Part shown: in pieces, positions 24,511 to 39,175 of the stretch
Layout of the letters: each line of letters starts with the position of its first letter
Numbering within the stretch: the first letter of the stretch is position 1
Assembly (NCBI RefSeq): GCF_009914755.1
Contig: NC_060925.1
Source: the human T2T-CHM13v2.0 reference genome, Homo sapiens
Length of the DNA stretch: 64,000 nt
Reading direction: 5' to 3' (one strand)
Program-made: the position numbers and the translations under genes
The notes under the pieces: model-generated
Told to the model about the DNA's origin: nothing
Databases searched by the model: none
What the model saw: only the letters and a program-made list of their open reading frames with translations

Positions 24511-24904
24511 GGTACTTTCCTATTCCTTCTTTGGGACAACCCATTTATCCCAATTACACTTCTGTTTATGACCTAGAAGCATTTTCATTAATTTCTAAGG
24601 AATAGAAATAGGATGGTCAAAATACAAAGTATATTAATAATGCCAAAAAGGATGCAAAATAATTCCTGTTCATTATGGTTTTGTATTTGATAGGTGTTAT
24701 CACTTTTCTTAGCCCATTTGTCAAAACCAGAACTAACATAGTCAAAGTGAACAGAATGGAATGACAGTTTGGGGAGCAATTACAAGAAATATGTGCAGTA
24801 GCAGGATAAAACACAAATAGCTCAAAGTTCTCCTATCACCTGGCGCTCACTATTAAATAGTGTAATAACAATCACCCTAGAGACGAGCTGCTTCAGTTTC
24901 TATC

Positions 24905-25105
24905 CCATGCTCTCCCTTACTGGAGCTGTAAACTTGGGTAAAATATTTAAATTTCTGTGCCTCCTCAGTTTCCTAATCTGTAAATTGGGGTTAATGCTAG
25001 TATCTACCTCATGAGATCACTGTGGGAAAAAATGAACTAATATGTGAAGTGTTTACAATAGTATTTAGTGCATAGTGTACACTGAGTGTTGGCTTGATTA
25101 TTGCT
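24905..25105 (+). mobile_element. MIR SINE
   Basis: 'ttctgtgcctcctcagtttcctaatctgtaaattggggttaatgctagtatctacctcat'. Confidence 0.8.
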
Positions 25106-26534
25106 GATGTTCCATTATTTGTGATCACTCACTTATCTACTATCTTATTTAAATGTAGCTTTTTCAGCGTACCTTAATTTGGGTTTTGGGCTCTATTACC
25201 TCTTATTCCTATGCTTTGAAATATTTGAAAATATAGTTAGAATAGTCTACCGTCAGCAAAAATTCACGTCTCTTTCCTAGACCCCAAGGAAAATTCTGCA
25301 AAAAGCCATATTCTTGAGTTCCTTCTGTAGACAAACAGTTAAAAGTGTACCTATGCTTCTAAGCAAAAACCATTAAAAAAGAGTATCTCTATCCACATCT
25401 GAGATGATTATCCTTTAGTAATGAATCTAAAGAGGCTCCAATTTTTTGTAAGGTAAAATGATGCCTAAATTTTGCGAAGTTTGTTGGCATGGCTGACCAC
25501 AAGCAAGAAGCTTCGGAGACTTCAAAAATAGAGGCTTCTATATATTTCTGCACATAGATAGACAACTATGTATGTATGTAGAAACACATAAAGAATATTG
25601 TTTATTATATGTTTATATACACTGGCTCAGGAGAGTATAAGCTTCCAATTTTTAGATTTATAAATATACTTTTGAATCTATAATAATGCAGAGTACAAGA
25701 TTTTGTATGTTGGAGACAGATGAAATATATCTGATCCCCATCATCTGCCTGGCACTTCTACTTCTCTTCATCTTTATAAATCACTGCTCAATAAACAAGC
25801 AAATAGGAATCAAGCAACCATGGAGATTTGGAAGAAAGATCACAATTATTTGACGAGTGAAACATCTGGAAAGGGATCATGGCCTCATTATCTTTCAAAA
25901 ATAGTTAATGAAACTCTTCTTTTAGTTCACTGAAGAATTCAAAGTGGAAATGCTTCATCAAACATTAACTAAGAAAATGCATGCCAATGCTTTGGATAAG
26001 TCAAGTTGTCATTCTGCTCCATAAATATTTATCCTGCAGATGGTTTTTGAAACTACCAGTTTCCTTATTATAAGGAAAAGTTAAGTTAGTATATTTATTT
26101 TAGATTATATTACAGAACTTTTCAACAGTTGGGATTTTTAAAAACATTTATTCCATTCCTTTTCCTATTTAAAATCAGTGGCTTGAATTGAACAAATCAC
26201 AACGTAGTTAGAATTCTCACACTTATCAGGTGAAAGATTGGTCTCACCTATTACGTGTCTTCTTGACAATGTAAAAATCCATTTAAAAAATTAGAAATCT
26301 TTTGAAATCCTACCTTTCAGAAGAAAATATTTAAAACTTGGTAAGCCATTGGACAGCAAACAGCTTTTGAAAAACAATTACATTGAAAAAGTAAATCATT
26401 TTCAGTCCAAATGTGATTGTGCCTTTCTGGTTTTAAAATGTATTATTTTATAAGAATATAATAGAATAAGTCACAACTAGTGTAAAGTGAAGCAGCAAAC
26501 ACATTTAATATAAACACACTGCATTGTGTCTATT

Positions 26535-26790
26535 TGATTCAATCACCAAACACTTATTGAGCACTGACTAGATGTCAGGAACTGACAGGTGCTAAGAAGG
26601 CAAAAATGAAATGGTGGTTACTGCCTTCAGGGAACTCCTAGTCTAATGGAGGTGACAGACACCTCTACAGCTATCTATAATAATAGAGTGTGACATGTGC
26701 TATGCTAGCAGCACCAGCTAAGTATTATAGGAGTGAAGGGGCAGGGGATGGGAAGTAACCTCCTGAATCCAGTTTAAAATTGAGAAGTGC
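26535..26790 (-). mobile_element. L2 3'-end fragment
   Basis: 'attcaatcaccaaacacttattgagcactgactagatgtcaggaactg...gggaactccctagtctaatggagg'. Confidence 0.75.
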
Positions 26791-27357
26791 AATACTTTTT
26801 ATGAACCAAGGATCCCAAAGAAAGTCAGTCAATATATAAATGAAGATAAACAAAAGCCTTTGAGGGAACAAATTTAGAGGACAATTCTTAACTGTACCTT
26901 CCCAGTAAACATGGGAGTAATAACATTTAGAGAATTGAAAGATTGTGAACAATGTGCCTATTTTTACATCTCAAGGGTATTTTTGCAGGACATAAGTTGT
27001 GACTGTAATGACAGACTTCTGTGCAGTGGCATTCCTATAACTGCTATGAATGTACTCAACTTCATTAAAATCATTAACAATTACCAAAGATCGTTATTTC
27101 AACATGGCAGTCAACCACATGCTAAAACTAAATTTGCACCTAAGTATATTCAGTACTGGGGCAAATGTGGTCAAAATTGATTAACATTTAAGAAAATTAC
27201 AATGTCACAAAAACTGAGGTGCCAAGTTCTTCATTCCGTTAATAAAACTTACTTAGTTTGGCAAGATATAAATAATTACATGAGCCTGCGATATGAATGT
27301 ATTGCCTTAGCATTTGCTTAGCTCTTTGGGCTATTAAATAATAGTTCTATATCTGAG

Positions 27358-27678
27358 TGTCTTAGTCCATTTGGGCTGCTATAACAGAATGCTATGGACT
27401 AGGTGGCTTATAAGCAACAGAAATTTATATCTAACAGTTCTGGAAGCTGAGAAGTCCAAGAGCAAGGCGCCAGCAGATTCAGCATCTGTTGAGGGCTGCT
27501 TCCTGGTTCATAGGCAGCTGTCTTCTCCTTGTCCTCACAGGGCGGAAGGGGTGAGGGAGCTCTCTGCGGCCTCTTTTATAAGAGCACTGTTCCCATTCAT
27601 GAGGCCTCTACCCTCATGACCTAGTCACCTACTGAAAGTCTCACCTTCTAATGCCATCACAGTGGGAACTAGGATCTT
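27358..27678 (-). mobile_element. MLT1A/MLT1A0 MaLR LTR, interrupted by the RPS20 retrocopy
   Basis: 'tgtcttagtccatttgggctgctataacagaa...aagtccaagagcaaggcgccagcagattc...ccctcatgacctagtcacc'; a short continuation 'atttatgaatttt' follows 28214. Confidence 0.9.
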
Positions 27679-28202
27679 TTTTTTTTTTTAACAACTGGTA
27701 ATCAATTTATTAAAATAGTTGACTTAAGCATCCGCAATGGTGACTTCCACTTTAACTCCTGGCTCAATACTGAAGTCATCTGCTTAACAATCTCAAAAGG
27801 ACTGTGCAAGTCAATGAGTCGCTTGTGGATTCTCATCCCGAAATGATCCCATGTCTTAGAACCTTCACCACAAGGATTTTTTCTTGTAGTGATTCTCAAA
27901 CTCTTGGTAGGCATTCGAACTTGTCCTTTCACTTCGAGATTCTTTTCCTTTCCTCCTCTGATCAAGTCAGCTCACACCTTCTCCAGAGATTTTACATTGC
28001 AGCTCGTTAGAGTGATTCGAATTCAGTGAATTGTCACCTCCGGCTCCAAGGGTGTTTTTCCTGTATCCTTAAAAGCCATGGCTGCTGCGCGGCTCCCTGA
28101 CCAACTTGTTCCTTGGCAAGAGCGAACAGCGGTGAGTCAGGAGAAGGAGCGGGCGGATCAGAGCTCCGCACCACCTACGACAGTGTCTTCCTCAAAGAGG
28201 GA
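27679..28202 (-). pseudogene. RPS20: Processed (retrotransposed) pseudogene of ribosomal protein S20 (uS10)
   Basis: Minus-strand ATG at 28079 gives [78 protein letters not shown]...; stops at 28023-28025 and 27972-27974; 4-bp deletion near the C-terminus (CDS span 356 vs 360 nt); original TAA at 27724-27726; intronless; AATAAA and poly(A) (T-run to 27689); pyrimidine-rich 5' end; TSD aactaggatctt at 27667-27678 and 28203-28214. The symbol names the parent gene; the RPS20P number is not determined. Confidence 0.97.
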
Positions 28203-29029
28203 AACTAGGATCTTAATTTATGAATTTTTATTTCCAGAATCCCTAGATTTTACTTTTTTTTTTTGGACAGTTTTCTGAGTGAGGTGATTAAAATGTATCA
28301 AGCAACAGAAACTTTTGGCACAACGAATTTTTTTTCCTGAAAAATTCCCCACACATTTGCTTTTGAGAGGTAACACACAGGATTAAGTAGTCTCTAGCTT
28401 TCTGCCTTAATATTTGTCTTGGCTTTTGGGTGATGAGTGGACACGGCTATGTACAACTGCTGCTTCTTGAACTCTTCCGTCTGCCTGTCCCCCATCTGTC
28501 TGTCTTTGGTTAGTAAGACGGTTTTGCCTTATCTTTTTGAATATTTGAATAACATGATTAAATTTTTAAAAATTCTACCAAATAAGTATTTAAGCACAGT
28601 CCCTGCCCTGTGAATTTATAAGATAATGAAAAGGCACCTTCCAAACAAAGAAAAGATGGAAAGATATTCTTCCTGAGAAAAGTATGTAACAATAGGGAAA
28701 AGCCAGTCGTCTCTTCTCTAATCCTTTGCCTTTGACATCTGTCATTTGGGGGAGAGGATTATGTGGGTGTTGGGTGGTGTTACAGTAGCAGTTAAAAAGT
28801 TCTCTTCATCCTGTGATACTGATTCTCTACCCTTTGTCAGTGACTTCCTATCTTACATATTACTTTCAGATATTTTCTCTTTTTAGCTTACCACCAATGA
28901 ATTATATTTGCTACAAATATAATTCTTTCTACAAAAGCAGAAAGTGCATATGAAAAAATAAAGAAAAAAATTATATTTGCTAATATTTTACATGTTTGAA
29001 TTAAAGTTTAAAAAACACAATAGCAACAG

Positions 29030-29225
29030 CAGTAATGATAAAAACGTGAATTTATTTAGTGTTTCACAATTTTCAAAGCATGTGTACGTATATTATCTCA
29101 TTTGATCCTCATAATAACCATATGGATAGGTAGAACAGGCATTATTGTTTTCATTTTACACATGAGAAAATTAAATACCTTAACTGAGTTACCCCAGAAA
29201 TGTAAGACAAAGATTCAAATGCAAA
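29030..29225 (-). mobile_element. MIR SINE
   Basis: 'tattatctcatttgatcctcataataaccatatggataggtag...cattttacacatgagaaaatt'. Confidence 0.75.
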
Positions 29226-29228
29226 TCC

Positions 29229-29380
29229 CATTGTTCCTCAACTTACAATGGGGTTACATCCGGATAAACCCATCTTAAGCTGAAAATATTATAAGTCAGA
29301 AATGCATTTCATACCCCCAATAAACCCATCAAAAGGTTGTAAAATCTTAAGTCAAACCACTGTAAGTCAGTGATTGTTTG
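29229..29380. mobile_element. Tigger5/MER47-family TcMar MITE (internally deleted)
   Basis: 'cctcaacttacaatggggttacatccggataaacccatc...aagtcaaaccactgtaagtcagtgattgtttg' followed by TA. Confidence 0.75.
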
Positions 29381-29384
29381 TATT

Positions 29385-29770
29385 TTACTTGAGCTGATCC
29401 CCAGAAACATTGATAGGGAGTGTGGAATGAGTCAGAAGGGAAGAAAACCAATAGAAGATGTGTTTTCAAGGTGGTTTCCAATTTGGCAGTTCAGTCGTGC
29501 TGGGGAGCTATGAAAGCGGGTACACAATGCTGCCCAGTGTTAGCTCAATTAAGGGGTAAAGAAGCTGGAATATTTATCTACCAACTCTCCACCTATCTTT
29601 GGTTGAAGTCTGCCTCCAGAGGTAACAACTGTAGTGTACTTCTGGTTTGCATTTTTTGGTAAACTGAGCATATTCTCAGAGCCAGAAAAAAGTCCTCACT
29701 CCCAGAGTCACAGATGTTCAGAGTAAGCAGCTTTCAAGGTGCAGAGGTGAATGATGGGTGGGGTAGAATG
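29385..29770 (-). mobile_element. LTR33-like ERVL solo LTR
   Basis: 'tgatccccagaaacattgatagggagtg...ccaatagaag...gaagctggaatatttatctaccaactc...ttggttgaag...gccagaaaaaagtcctca'. Confidence 0.7.
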
Positions 29771-31274
29771 GTCTTGGTTAGCCAAACTCAACAAGGTTAA
29801 GCAATTTATCCAACCAGAGTTGCACAGCTAATATTGGCAAGACCATGAAGGGACTTAGGCTTTTGGCTGTTTGGGTAGATTCCTGGATAGAGTAAAATAG
29901 ATGTCATTTCTTGTTCTCAAAGTGTAGGTTAGGAAAGAGAGTAGGTAAGAGAGAATATATTAAGCATGAAAAAAATATTCTTTCTAAAGTTCTTACAATA
30001 ATTGAGATTTGTTCACCCTGTACATATAATAAAATTATTCAAAACCTGAAGATTTTATAGAATGCAAAGAAATATCAATATATGGACCTTTACATAGCAA
30101 ACATGCTAATACTCTGCCAGTATACATTGCCAAGGTTTTCTGTCCATTTGGTGGTATTTTGCTAAGGACACTGGAACAAATTTTTGTATTTACAAGTGCC
30201 ATAACACGTTTAAAGGACATGTATATTGCAGAAAATTATGACACACAAGTGGTCAGGGAAACATTATGTGGAAAAGTCCCAGCTGATGTGTATGTTATCG
30301 CTAAACAGCCTCTTCACATCAGTGGCACTCACGCCTCAGTTTCACAGTCGTGAAATATTTGCATACAGATGTGAAGGTATTCTTGTGGCTTCCTCAATAA
30401 ACCAGAATGGGGCTTTATGCACCCCTGAGTTTTCAATTAATGTTGTTGACAGAATGAATGGCTATTTATGCCATGAGCCTTTTATGTTCATTCATGGTAC
30501 ACAATACCTAAGTCTTAAAGATCTCATCTAAATGCCTCCCCTCTTGGGAGGGTGCTTATGGATTCCATTGTATATATAGGGTAGCATAAGGTTCAATGAT
30601 TCTATCTAATCAGCAGAGTGGACCTTACATTTTAGCAAAGGCCACTGAAGCCTTTGTTCTGCAACAGGCCATTATGCTACAACTTCTTACAATAAGTTGA
30701 ATGTCTGTTTGTCCAAAGATCTTAGGCATCCAATGCCTGAACTTCACTTTCCCAAGTATGCCTTTCTGTCCTCACCACACCCCAACACTCATATTTTTGG
30801 GAAAAGGATACCTACACAGGAAAATCATTTTTCTATGTGTAGTGAGCCTTAGTACACTCATCCATTTGACTGTGGTGAATAAGGGCCTGGAACATGGTTG
30901 GAGCCCAATAAATGTTTGCTGAATTTAATCCAACAAGAAAGAAACAGCACTACCAGCCCTGGCTCCTGTGTACTCTAAGATATCAGTAACATGGTACAGT
31001 TCCTGGAGGTAGAAGGTAAAAGTGAGTGCCACCTTTACCCCACCTATTCAACAGTCTCCTCAAGCAAAAGGAGTGTGTAGATGTTGTCTGAGAAAGATTT
31101 TCATGGTAGATGAATGAAATTCCAACTTTCTTCTTGGGTGAAAAATAATTCCAGTGATAATGGAATTAGAATTTCATTGGGTTTAATAATTATTAGTTAA
31201 AATCAACATAATAATTCATCTTTCCATACAGTTTAATTTTTTTAAAAAAATTCATCATCATCTATTGTTAACTG

Positions 31275-31400
31275 CACATTGGTCCTATGAAGCAGCTAAG
31301 TATTGCTCTCTCCATTTTTCAGATGAGAAAACCGAGGCTCATTAAGCTTAAGTGATGTCCATTTAGGTGACATCAGAGACAGGGATACAAATGCAGGCTT
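31275..31400 (-). mobile_element. MIR SINE fragment
   Basis: 'ctccatttttcagatgagaaaaccgaggctca...ttaagtga'. Confidence 0.65.
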
Positions 31401-33734
31401 ATCAGATGTAATCTAAAATAACACATTTTAAAAGTTCCAACTATGTTTCCCAAGTTTTGAGACTCCATATGAAAAATACAGGCATGTTTGTTTACTTCTG
31501 CAAAGCAAATTAAATGTGTAGCCCATGCATTATTGATGTCTATTATTTTCGTTCCTAAGAAGTATGTGTATCAAATTGCCTTTACAAGAGAAACTGTATT
31601 AAAACAACTTGTATTTACATGCCTTTTTAGTTTACACTTGAGCGTTTATTTTTCTGCTAACTTTAAGACAGTAATATGTGATGCTATTTTCAAAATCAGA
31701 CATGCTGGTGACTCTTCCAGAGCATAGATCAGTGTTTGTACTTAAGATGTCCAGCCTGGAATAGGACTGTACCATTAAAGGCACATGTGCAAGTAAGTAA
31801 AGACTGCCAGACCAAATGGATGGCAAAGCCTTGAATTGTAAACTAACCCCGGAGGAACTTTTAGAATTGTTAGAACATTTGCCCATTATTTCTAGAAGAA
31901 TCTCAGTGGCTCTAATCCATCTCAAACTTCTTCTCAATATAGCTCATTTCCTCTTGAAATTTTTCTTCTCTTCTATGGCCAGCATAGACAAGAAGGGGCA
32001 GACAGGCCTAGAGTAGACCCCAGGCCTCTTAGACCTAACTTAGGGCAAACGCAGAGAGATGCCCCAGGCAAATATGCACAGGGCTCTCAAGAACACCAGC
32101 AGCAGGGCAAATTGCTGCCTGATTTGCAGTTCTGCACTCTATCAGAATTTTATATCTGGAAGATAATAATTTAGAGACTAATACAACATGCTCATTGAAT
32201 AGATTAGGAAATGTGTTTCTCATAATTTGAATGACTTGCCCTAGTTCAGTGGTAGAATGAGAGATAAAACATGCCACTCAGAGTGGAATAAAATATATTT
32301 GTTTGTTTAAAAACATGACATTAATCAAGACAGACTAGTGGTGTAGCTGGAGGACCACACTTTAGATCACAAGATTTCTAAGTAAACTTTGATTTACTTA
32401 AAAACCTGGAGATAGAATATCAGTTTGGCTACCTTGCCTAAATAATGAAGTTAATATTTATTTCTGGAAAGGCTTGGATCTATCATCTAAAGTCTTAAAT
32501 CATATTCATTCAATGCCATGTTTAAGCAGTACAGTAATGAAAAGGAACAGTCAGTCTGAAAGAGAGAGCTGCTGATCGACACTCAAATAATGAGTGTGCT
32601 TCCATCCAGTGCACAGGTGATCATTGGTGAGAGGAGGGCATGACTAGCAACTGCGTTTTCCTTGGCGCAGTGCAGAGCTGAGCAGGATGATTTATAAACC
32701 TCAACACATTGAAGACCAAAAAAAATAAATCATTAAGTAGCATGCCTCATGATTCAACTTGCTTTTCTTTCCCCCAACATGGGTAATAAATTGTGTGGGC
32801 TTTAATAATTTATAGGAGATGTTGTTATAATGTGAGAATATTAACTTTGGTGAGTCTTTTAATTTGTTTGTGATGTCAATAGTGTGCTGAAGTGTTTCTT
32901 CTACAGGACAGCAACACCACTAATGCACAATTGTATGCTGACTCTTCAGTCAGAGGCTCCTGGGGACCAGAAGAGACAGTTCACTTTAGCACTGATCTTA
33001 TCAATTTGGTGTATGTCCCTGAGGAATTACATGCCACAGAGAGAATTAAAAGGAACAGTTTGAAAGCATTTAGAATCATATTAGCACATTCACATACAAC
33101 CCCTCTTCCCCATGTCCTTGTGGAAAGATAGCCTGACTCAAGCAATTTTATTTCTGCCCAGGATTATGCCTCAGAAAAAGAGAGAGAGAGAAGAAGAAAT
33201 CTTAACTAACAAAAAACAGCACAAGGAAAGCCCCCAAAATATTCCAGATTCATCTGAGAATGTGGCCAATTTCTTCCCAGTTAATAACGTCCTCCACAGA
33301 TTTTCCCTCAGATGTTTTCTCGTCATTTCACAAATGTGACAGTAGTGACCCTCTCACATTTCAGACATAATTCCTCTCTGCCCCACCTATGTTTTCAATC
33401 AGGAAGGAAAGGGTTTTTAACAGTTTAGTGAACATCAGAGCCAGAAAAGTATATATAGGGAGAAGAAAGAGGCAGAATGAAAGAAAAAGGAAGGCAGAAC
33501 AGTTCAAGAGATGATGTTATGGGAAAAGAGAGCTTCTGCAATAGGGCTGAGTGTGGAAGAGCCTGAGAGCATCAGCCAGGCACCATTCCGAATTTTAATT
33601 CCAATCTACAAGCTGCAAACACAAATGAAGACCTGCCCCTTCCTGAGTTTCAAGCAAACCTCTCTCCATATATAGATTCTGCTACTTAAACAAAAAAAAA
33701 TTAAAACACATGAAGCAGTTAATTGGAGATATTA

Positions 33735-34620
<886 letters not shown>

Positions 34621-35444
34621 TCAAAGACTAGATCACTCTCTCTTTTCTCTCTCTTTTTTTCTCCCTCTCTCCCTCACACATCTCATGTGTTCAATGGCTA
34701 GTCCTAATTCTTTGAATTTTCATTAAAACATTTTTTCTTTGGCCTAAAATATGTAGTTCCTGTCTCCAAATCTAACCTGAAATTCAGCTTTTCTCTCATA
34801 ACCCAAACCCGAGAAATCTCAGTGGGCCATTTGTTCTTTAACCTCAGTACTTTATTGTACTTTCCTTATAGGTTCTAGTTCAAGATTTGGGTCTTTCTAA
34901 AGAAGTGTATATGTGTATGCATGTGTGTGTGTGTTTGAATGCATGTGTGTGTGATGATACATGCACTACAACACATAATTACTTATCTTCCAGAAAATAT
35001 AGATGCATAGCTATGTAGTAAATCTCTTTCATGACTAAATCAATCTGTATAAATCAGGTATGTATGTCAATGCCCAGGCTGACCTACAGGATGCCAGAAG
35101 GTTCTGACATACTAAGACAAATTTTAAAACTGCAAACTTTTACATTTTTTCTTATATTTCACAGTGTCATCCATTCAACTCCCATCATTCTGCATAATGC
35201 TCACATGGTAACTTGTGCTATCAGCAAGACTAGGAATACAGCTCAGGAAGAAAGGACAATTGTGGAAACTATTTTCTAATTACCAACATGTGACTATTTG
35301 CACATCATCTTTTATGCCCAAAAAAAAGGAAGGAAAAGAAGCAAAGGCTCTGCCATTAAAGGCGAGTCCTGTTCGTTGTCTTTTCTTAAATTGTATGGCT
35401 TATTTATTAGGGTCTAAATAAAGTTAGTAACTTACCTAGGGGTA

Positions 35445-35985
<541 letters not shown>

Positions 35986-36134
35986 AGGTTAGAGTATAGC
36001 ACAAAGGGAAGTGCAAGTTGCCTTCACAAGATTCAAGTAAATATAAGACCAAATCAAATTATCAGAGAAACAGACACAAGTGCCAACTGCAAGCTACTGT
36101 CTTACATTGTTGAGATTTTATAAGTGCTAAGGAC

Positions 36135-36238
36135 TGAGATGCTTTCAAACCTTACAAGTGAAAGATTTCCTGGGATACAAGACTTTCAGTGCTAAAATCA
36201 AGACAGTCATGGGCAAATCAAGAGAGCTGGCCACCCTA
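36135..36238. mobile_element. MER81-like hAT-Blackjack MITE fragment
   Basis: 'ttcctgggatacaagactttcagtgctaaaatcaagacagtcatgggcaaatc...ggccacccta'. Confidence 0.6.
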
Positions 36239-38064
36239 CCAAGGGTATCCTTTTTGAGAGTCCGGGTACCATGTCAAATCTTGTCTTGCAGTGCTCAGAG
36301 AGTAGCAGCAGCATCTTCTCATCAAGAACACAGCACATTAGGATTCACCTGAGCCATGTGTGTTTGGCACTGGAGAGCTCTAGGTTCTCAGAGAGGGGAA
36401 AGAGAGGATAGATAACGAAAAAGTACCCCTGTTCTAAACCACAACACAGAGAGCAGGTATACAAATGCACACCCACACACTTTGAGAAAGATATTATGTT
36501 TATTCATTTTTACCACCATTGGTTTTTCTTTAGATGTCAAAGCACTTACACATAATCTCTTTTCAGCTTCCGAGACTGGAAACTTTACAGATGAAATAAT
36601 AGCTCAGGTCTTTTCTCTCAAATTCACTGTCCAGAGTACTACCAACCACATAACCTGAGGATATGATTTAGGGTCACAGATGAGGGCAGCATAGGAGCAG
36701 CAATTCCCTCAGATGCTATAACACCTGCCATCCAAGGTCAACATAAAGAGCCCTTCCCCCAGTCTGCAAATTCCTTTGAATCAGCCCTGCCCCTGGAGAT
36801 TCAGCCCTGCTTAATTACAAGGCTGAATTCTAAATGTGCTTGGTGTTTGTCAAGTCAAGAGAGAGAAAACTACTCTGTTTGTGATTTATGTGTGGCCAAT
36901 GACAAACTGTATTATTCAAGAGAGAAGAGCAGATGGCCCCCAAACAAGACAGTTATGGCCCACAATTATAATAGTTATAGTACCCAGTGGATCTCCAGGA
37001 TACCAAGAGAGCAAGAAATCTAACAGTCATACGAAAGACACTTAAAGGAAAAGGAATTTAAACTAAGCCCCCACATAATAATATAAGTTGAGACCCTTCT
37101 TCATCACATTGAAAAGGTTTATTTCTTCATGGTAGAAGATAGCATGAGTGTGTACCTCAAGTAGACCACTGTCCCAGGCAGGACTTGGAATTTCTCTGAT
37201 GATGCCATCAGCTACTTCCATGAGCATCCACTTTGTGAGCTAGGACCTTGCAGTGATTTAGTTTATCTTGGGAGAAACTTAACACATCAAAGGCTGATTT
37301 ACATCAGTCATTTTTGTCCCTTATTTCCATTGCCAACAGTCTAGTTCTATTGTCTGTGAATTAGATTTTGCAGTCTTGAAAATAGCCATGCAAATTACCA
37401 AAATGTTTTCCATTTGAGACCTTATACATATTTGAATTAAATCAACTCTAAGCTGTTAAATGGAATTAAATGAAACAGGCTGAATTTGATGACTAAAATT
37501 TTAAAACTTCTGCAAGAAGCTTTCCTTATCCCAACCTCTTTATTAATGGCCAATTGTAAATGACTTTTGCAAATGGAAACACCATTTGTCACTTTTTTTA
37601 ACAAGTACTACACTGTACTGTCTTAACTCCCCCCATTCAATTTAAGCATCAAGATTTATAGCTTGTCGTGAGCTCCTCTATCTTTCTGTTCCTTCTTTGT
37701 ACCTCTCCAAATGCTCAAGCAGCTTTTTTTAGAATGAAGTGATGATAATTTGTAGTGAACTCATACTAGCATTCTGAGACTTGACTTTCAAAAATCTGTA
37801 TTCTTCCCTATTCCCTTGATTCTACTTGAAAGACTTACTTGCTACACAGCAACAAACTACACCCAAAATTCTAAACTCTTTCATTTCATTTGATCTTTCT
37901 GTAATGCATAGCCAAATTTTGGTCATTAGCAAATTGCTTCAGTATTTCTTTGTATAGTGGTGAATTTTATCAAAGATTACAGACACCTGAAACAACTTTT
38001 AAATAGGCCAATGCACAAAGTAGACTACCAACAAATGACCCTACACAGATACACAGGTTCATGC

Positions 38065-38069
38065 ACATG

Positions 38070-38100
<31 letters not shown>
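38065..38100. repeat. (CA)n microsatellite
   Basis: Directly visible. Confidence 0.9.
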
Positions 38101-38102
<2 letters not shown>

Positions 38103-38318
38103 CACTTTAGTTTATATCAACCAAGTATTTGCTTGTTTTTGCTTGGTTAAACTATTTATACCAGATACCGAAGAATTTGGCTGTGAACTCCATTTCTTCC
38201 CTTTCTGCCTGTGTCTTTATTTTTCTTTCCTTTTTTTCTCTTTTTCATCCCTGTCTCTCACACACATACACCCAAATATAGCAAAAGCACATGCAGATAA
38301 ATTTCTCAAGAGGATCAA

Positions 38319-38319
38319 C

Positions 38320-38359
<40 letters not shown>

Positions 38360-38363
38360 GTGT
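38319..38363. repeat. (TG)n(CG)4(TG)n microsatellite
   Basis: Uninterrupted purine-pyrimidine alternation over about 45 bp. Confidence 0.95.
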
Positions 38364-38824
38364 TTATGGCCTAGGCCTTTCATTTATTTGTTTATTCATT
38401 TGTGGCTTTCATATAAGTACTTGACCTCTGCAATCATGTGACCATAAAAGCACAAAGTCAACTGTTGTACATTTTGATGAATCAAGCATTTTAGACAATG
38501 AAATGCCTCTCGATTATTTAATGTTGACTCTAAAACCAAAAGCAACACTTTCATGAAGTGAATCATTTCTATGAACTTTCAGAACTCAAGATCTCTTCAT
38601 CAACTTTATTTCTTAACTCTTTATTTTATAATTTTTGTAATTCTTAAGCTAAGCTTTTCTTTGAATCCTGGTTATAATACCCTGGACTCAATCCCAAGAG
38701 TATATCTTTCTATGAGTTACTATGACTGTTAGTATACATATGGCATAGAATTAATGATTATGCTGATGTAAGTTTCCCTAAACGCAACATTGGGTATCAA
38801 ACACACTCGAAGTTAAACCAAAAC

Positions 38825-39175
38825 TATATTAACCAACTAACTTATTAAGTACCTATTTCCTGCCAGCAAATGCATTAGGCTCTGGGGACTTACCGGTGAA
38901 TGAAATACATGTAGTCTCTGCCATCATGGAATTTTTAATCTAGTGGTAAAAGAGCAATTAAATACACAGCCAAGTGTGATAAAGAAAGTTACAATAGAAA
39001 TATCCAACCAGGCTTTTCTAACCTAGACAAGGCCAGTGATTCAGGAAAGGCTTGTCAAATTAAGTGTTATCTAAACTGCACGTGGAAGGATGAATGGCAA
39101 TTAGTGAGGCCAAGATGACACCAAAAAGTTCCAAGTTGAAAGGACAAAACATGAAATTCAGGAGGTAAGAAAGAA
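38825..39175 (-). mobile_element. L2 fragment
   Basis: 'aactaacttattaagtacctatttcctgccagc...ttaggctctgggga...gtctctgccatcatggaatttttaatctagtgg...tcaggaaaggctt'. Confidence 0.75.

Noticed and set aside
27702-27965. 87-aa RPS20-like ORF as a functional CDS
   Set aside because: Internal fragment downstream of two premature stops, starting at TTG and frameshifted at the C-terminus; annotated as pseudogene.
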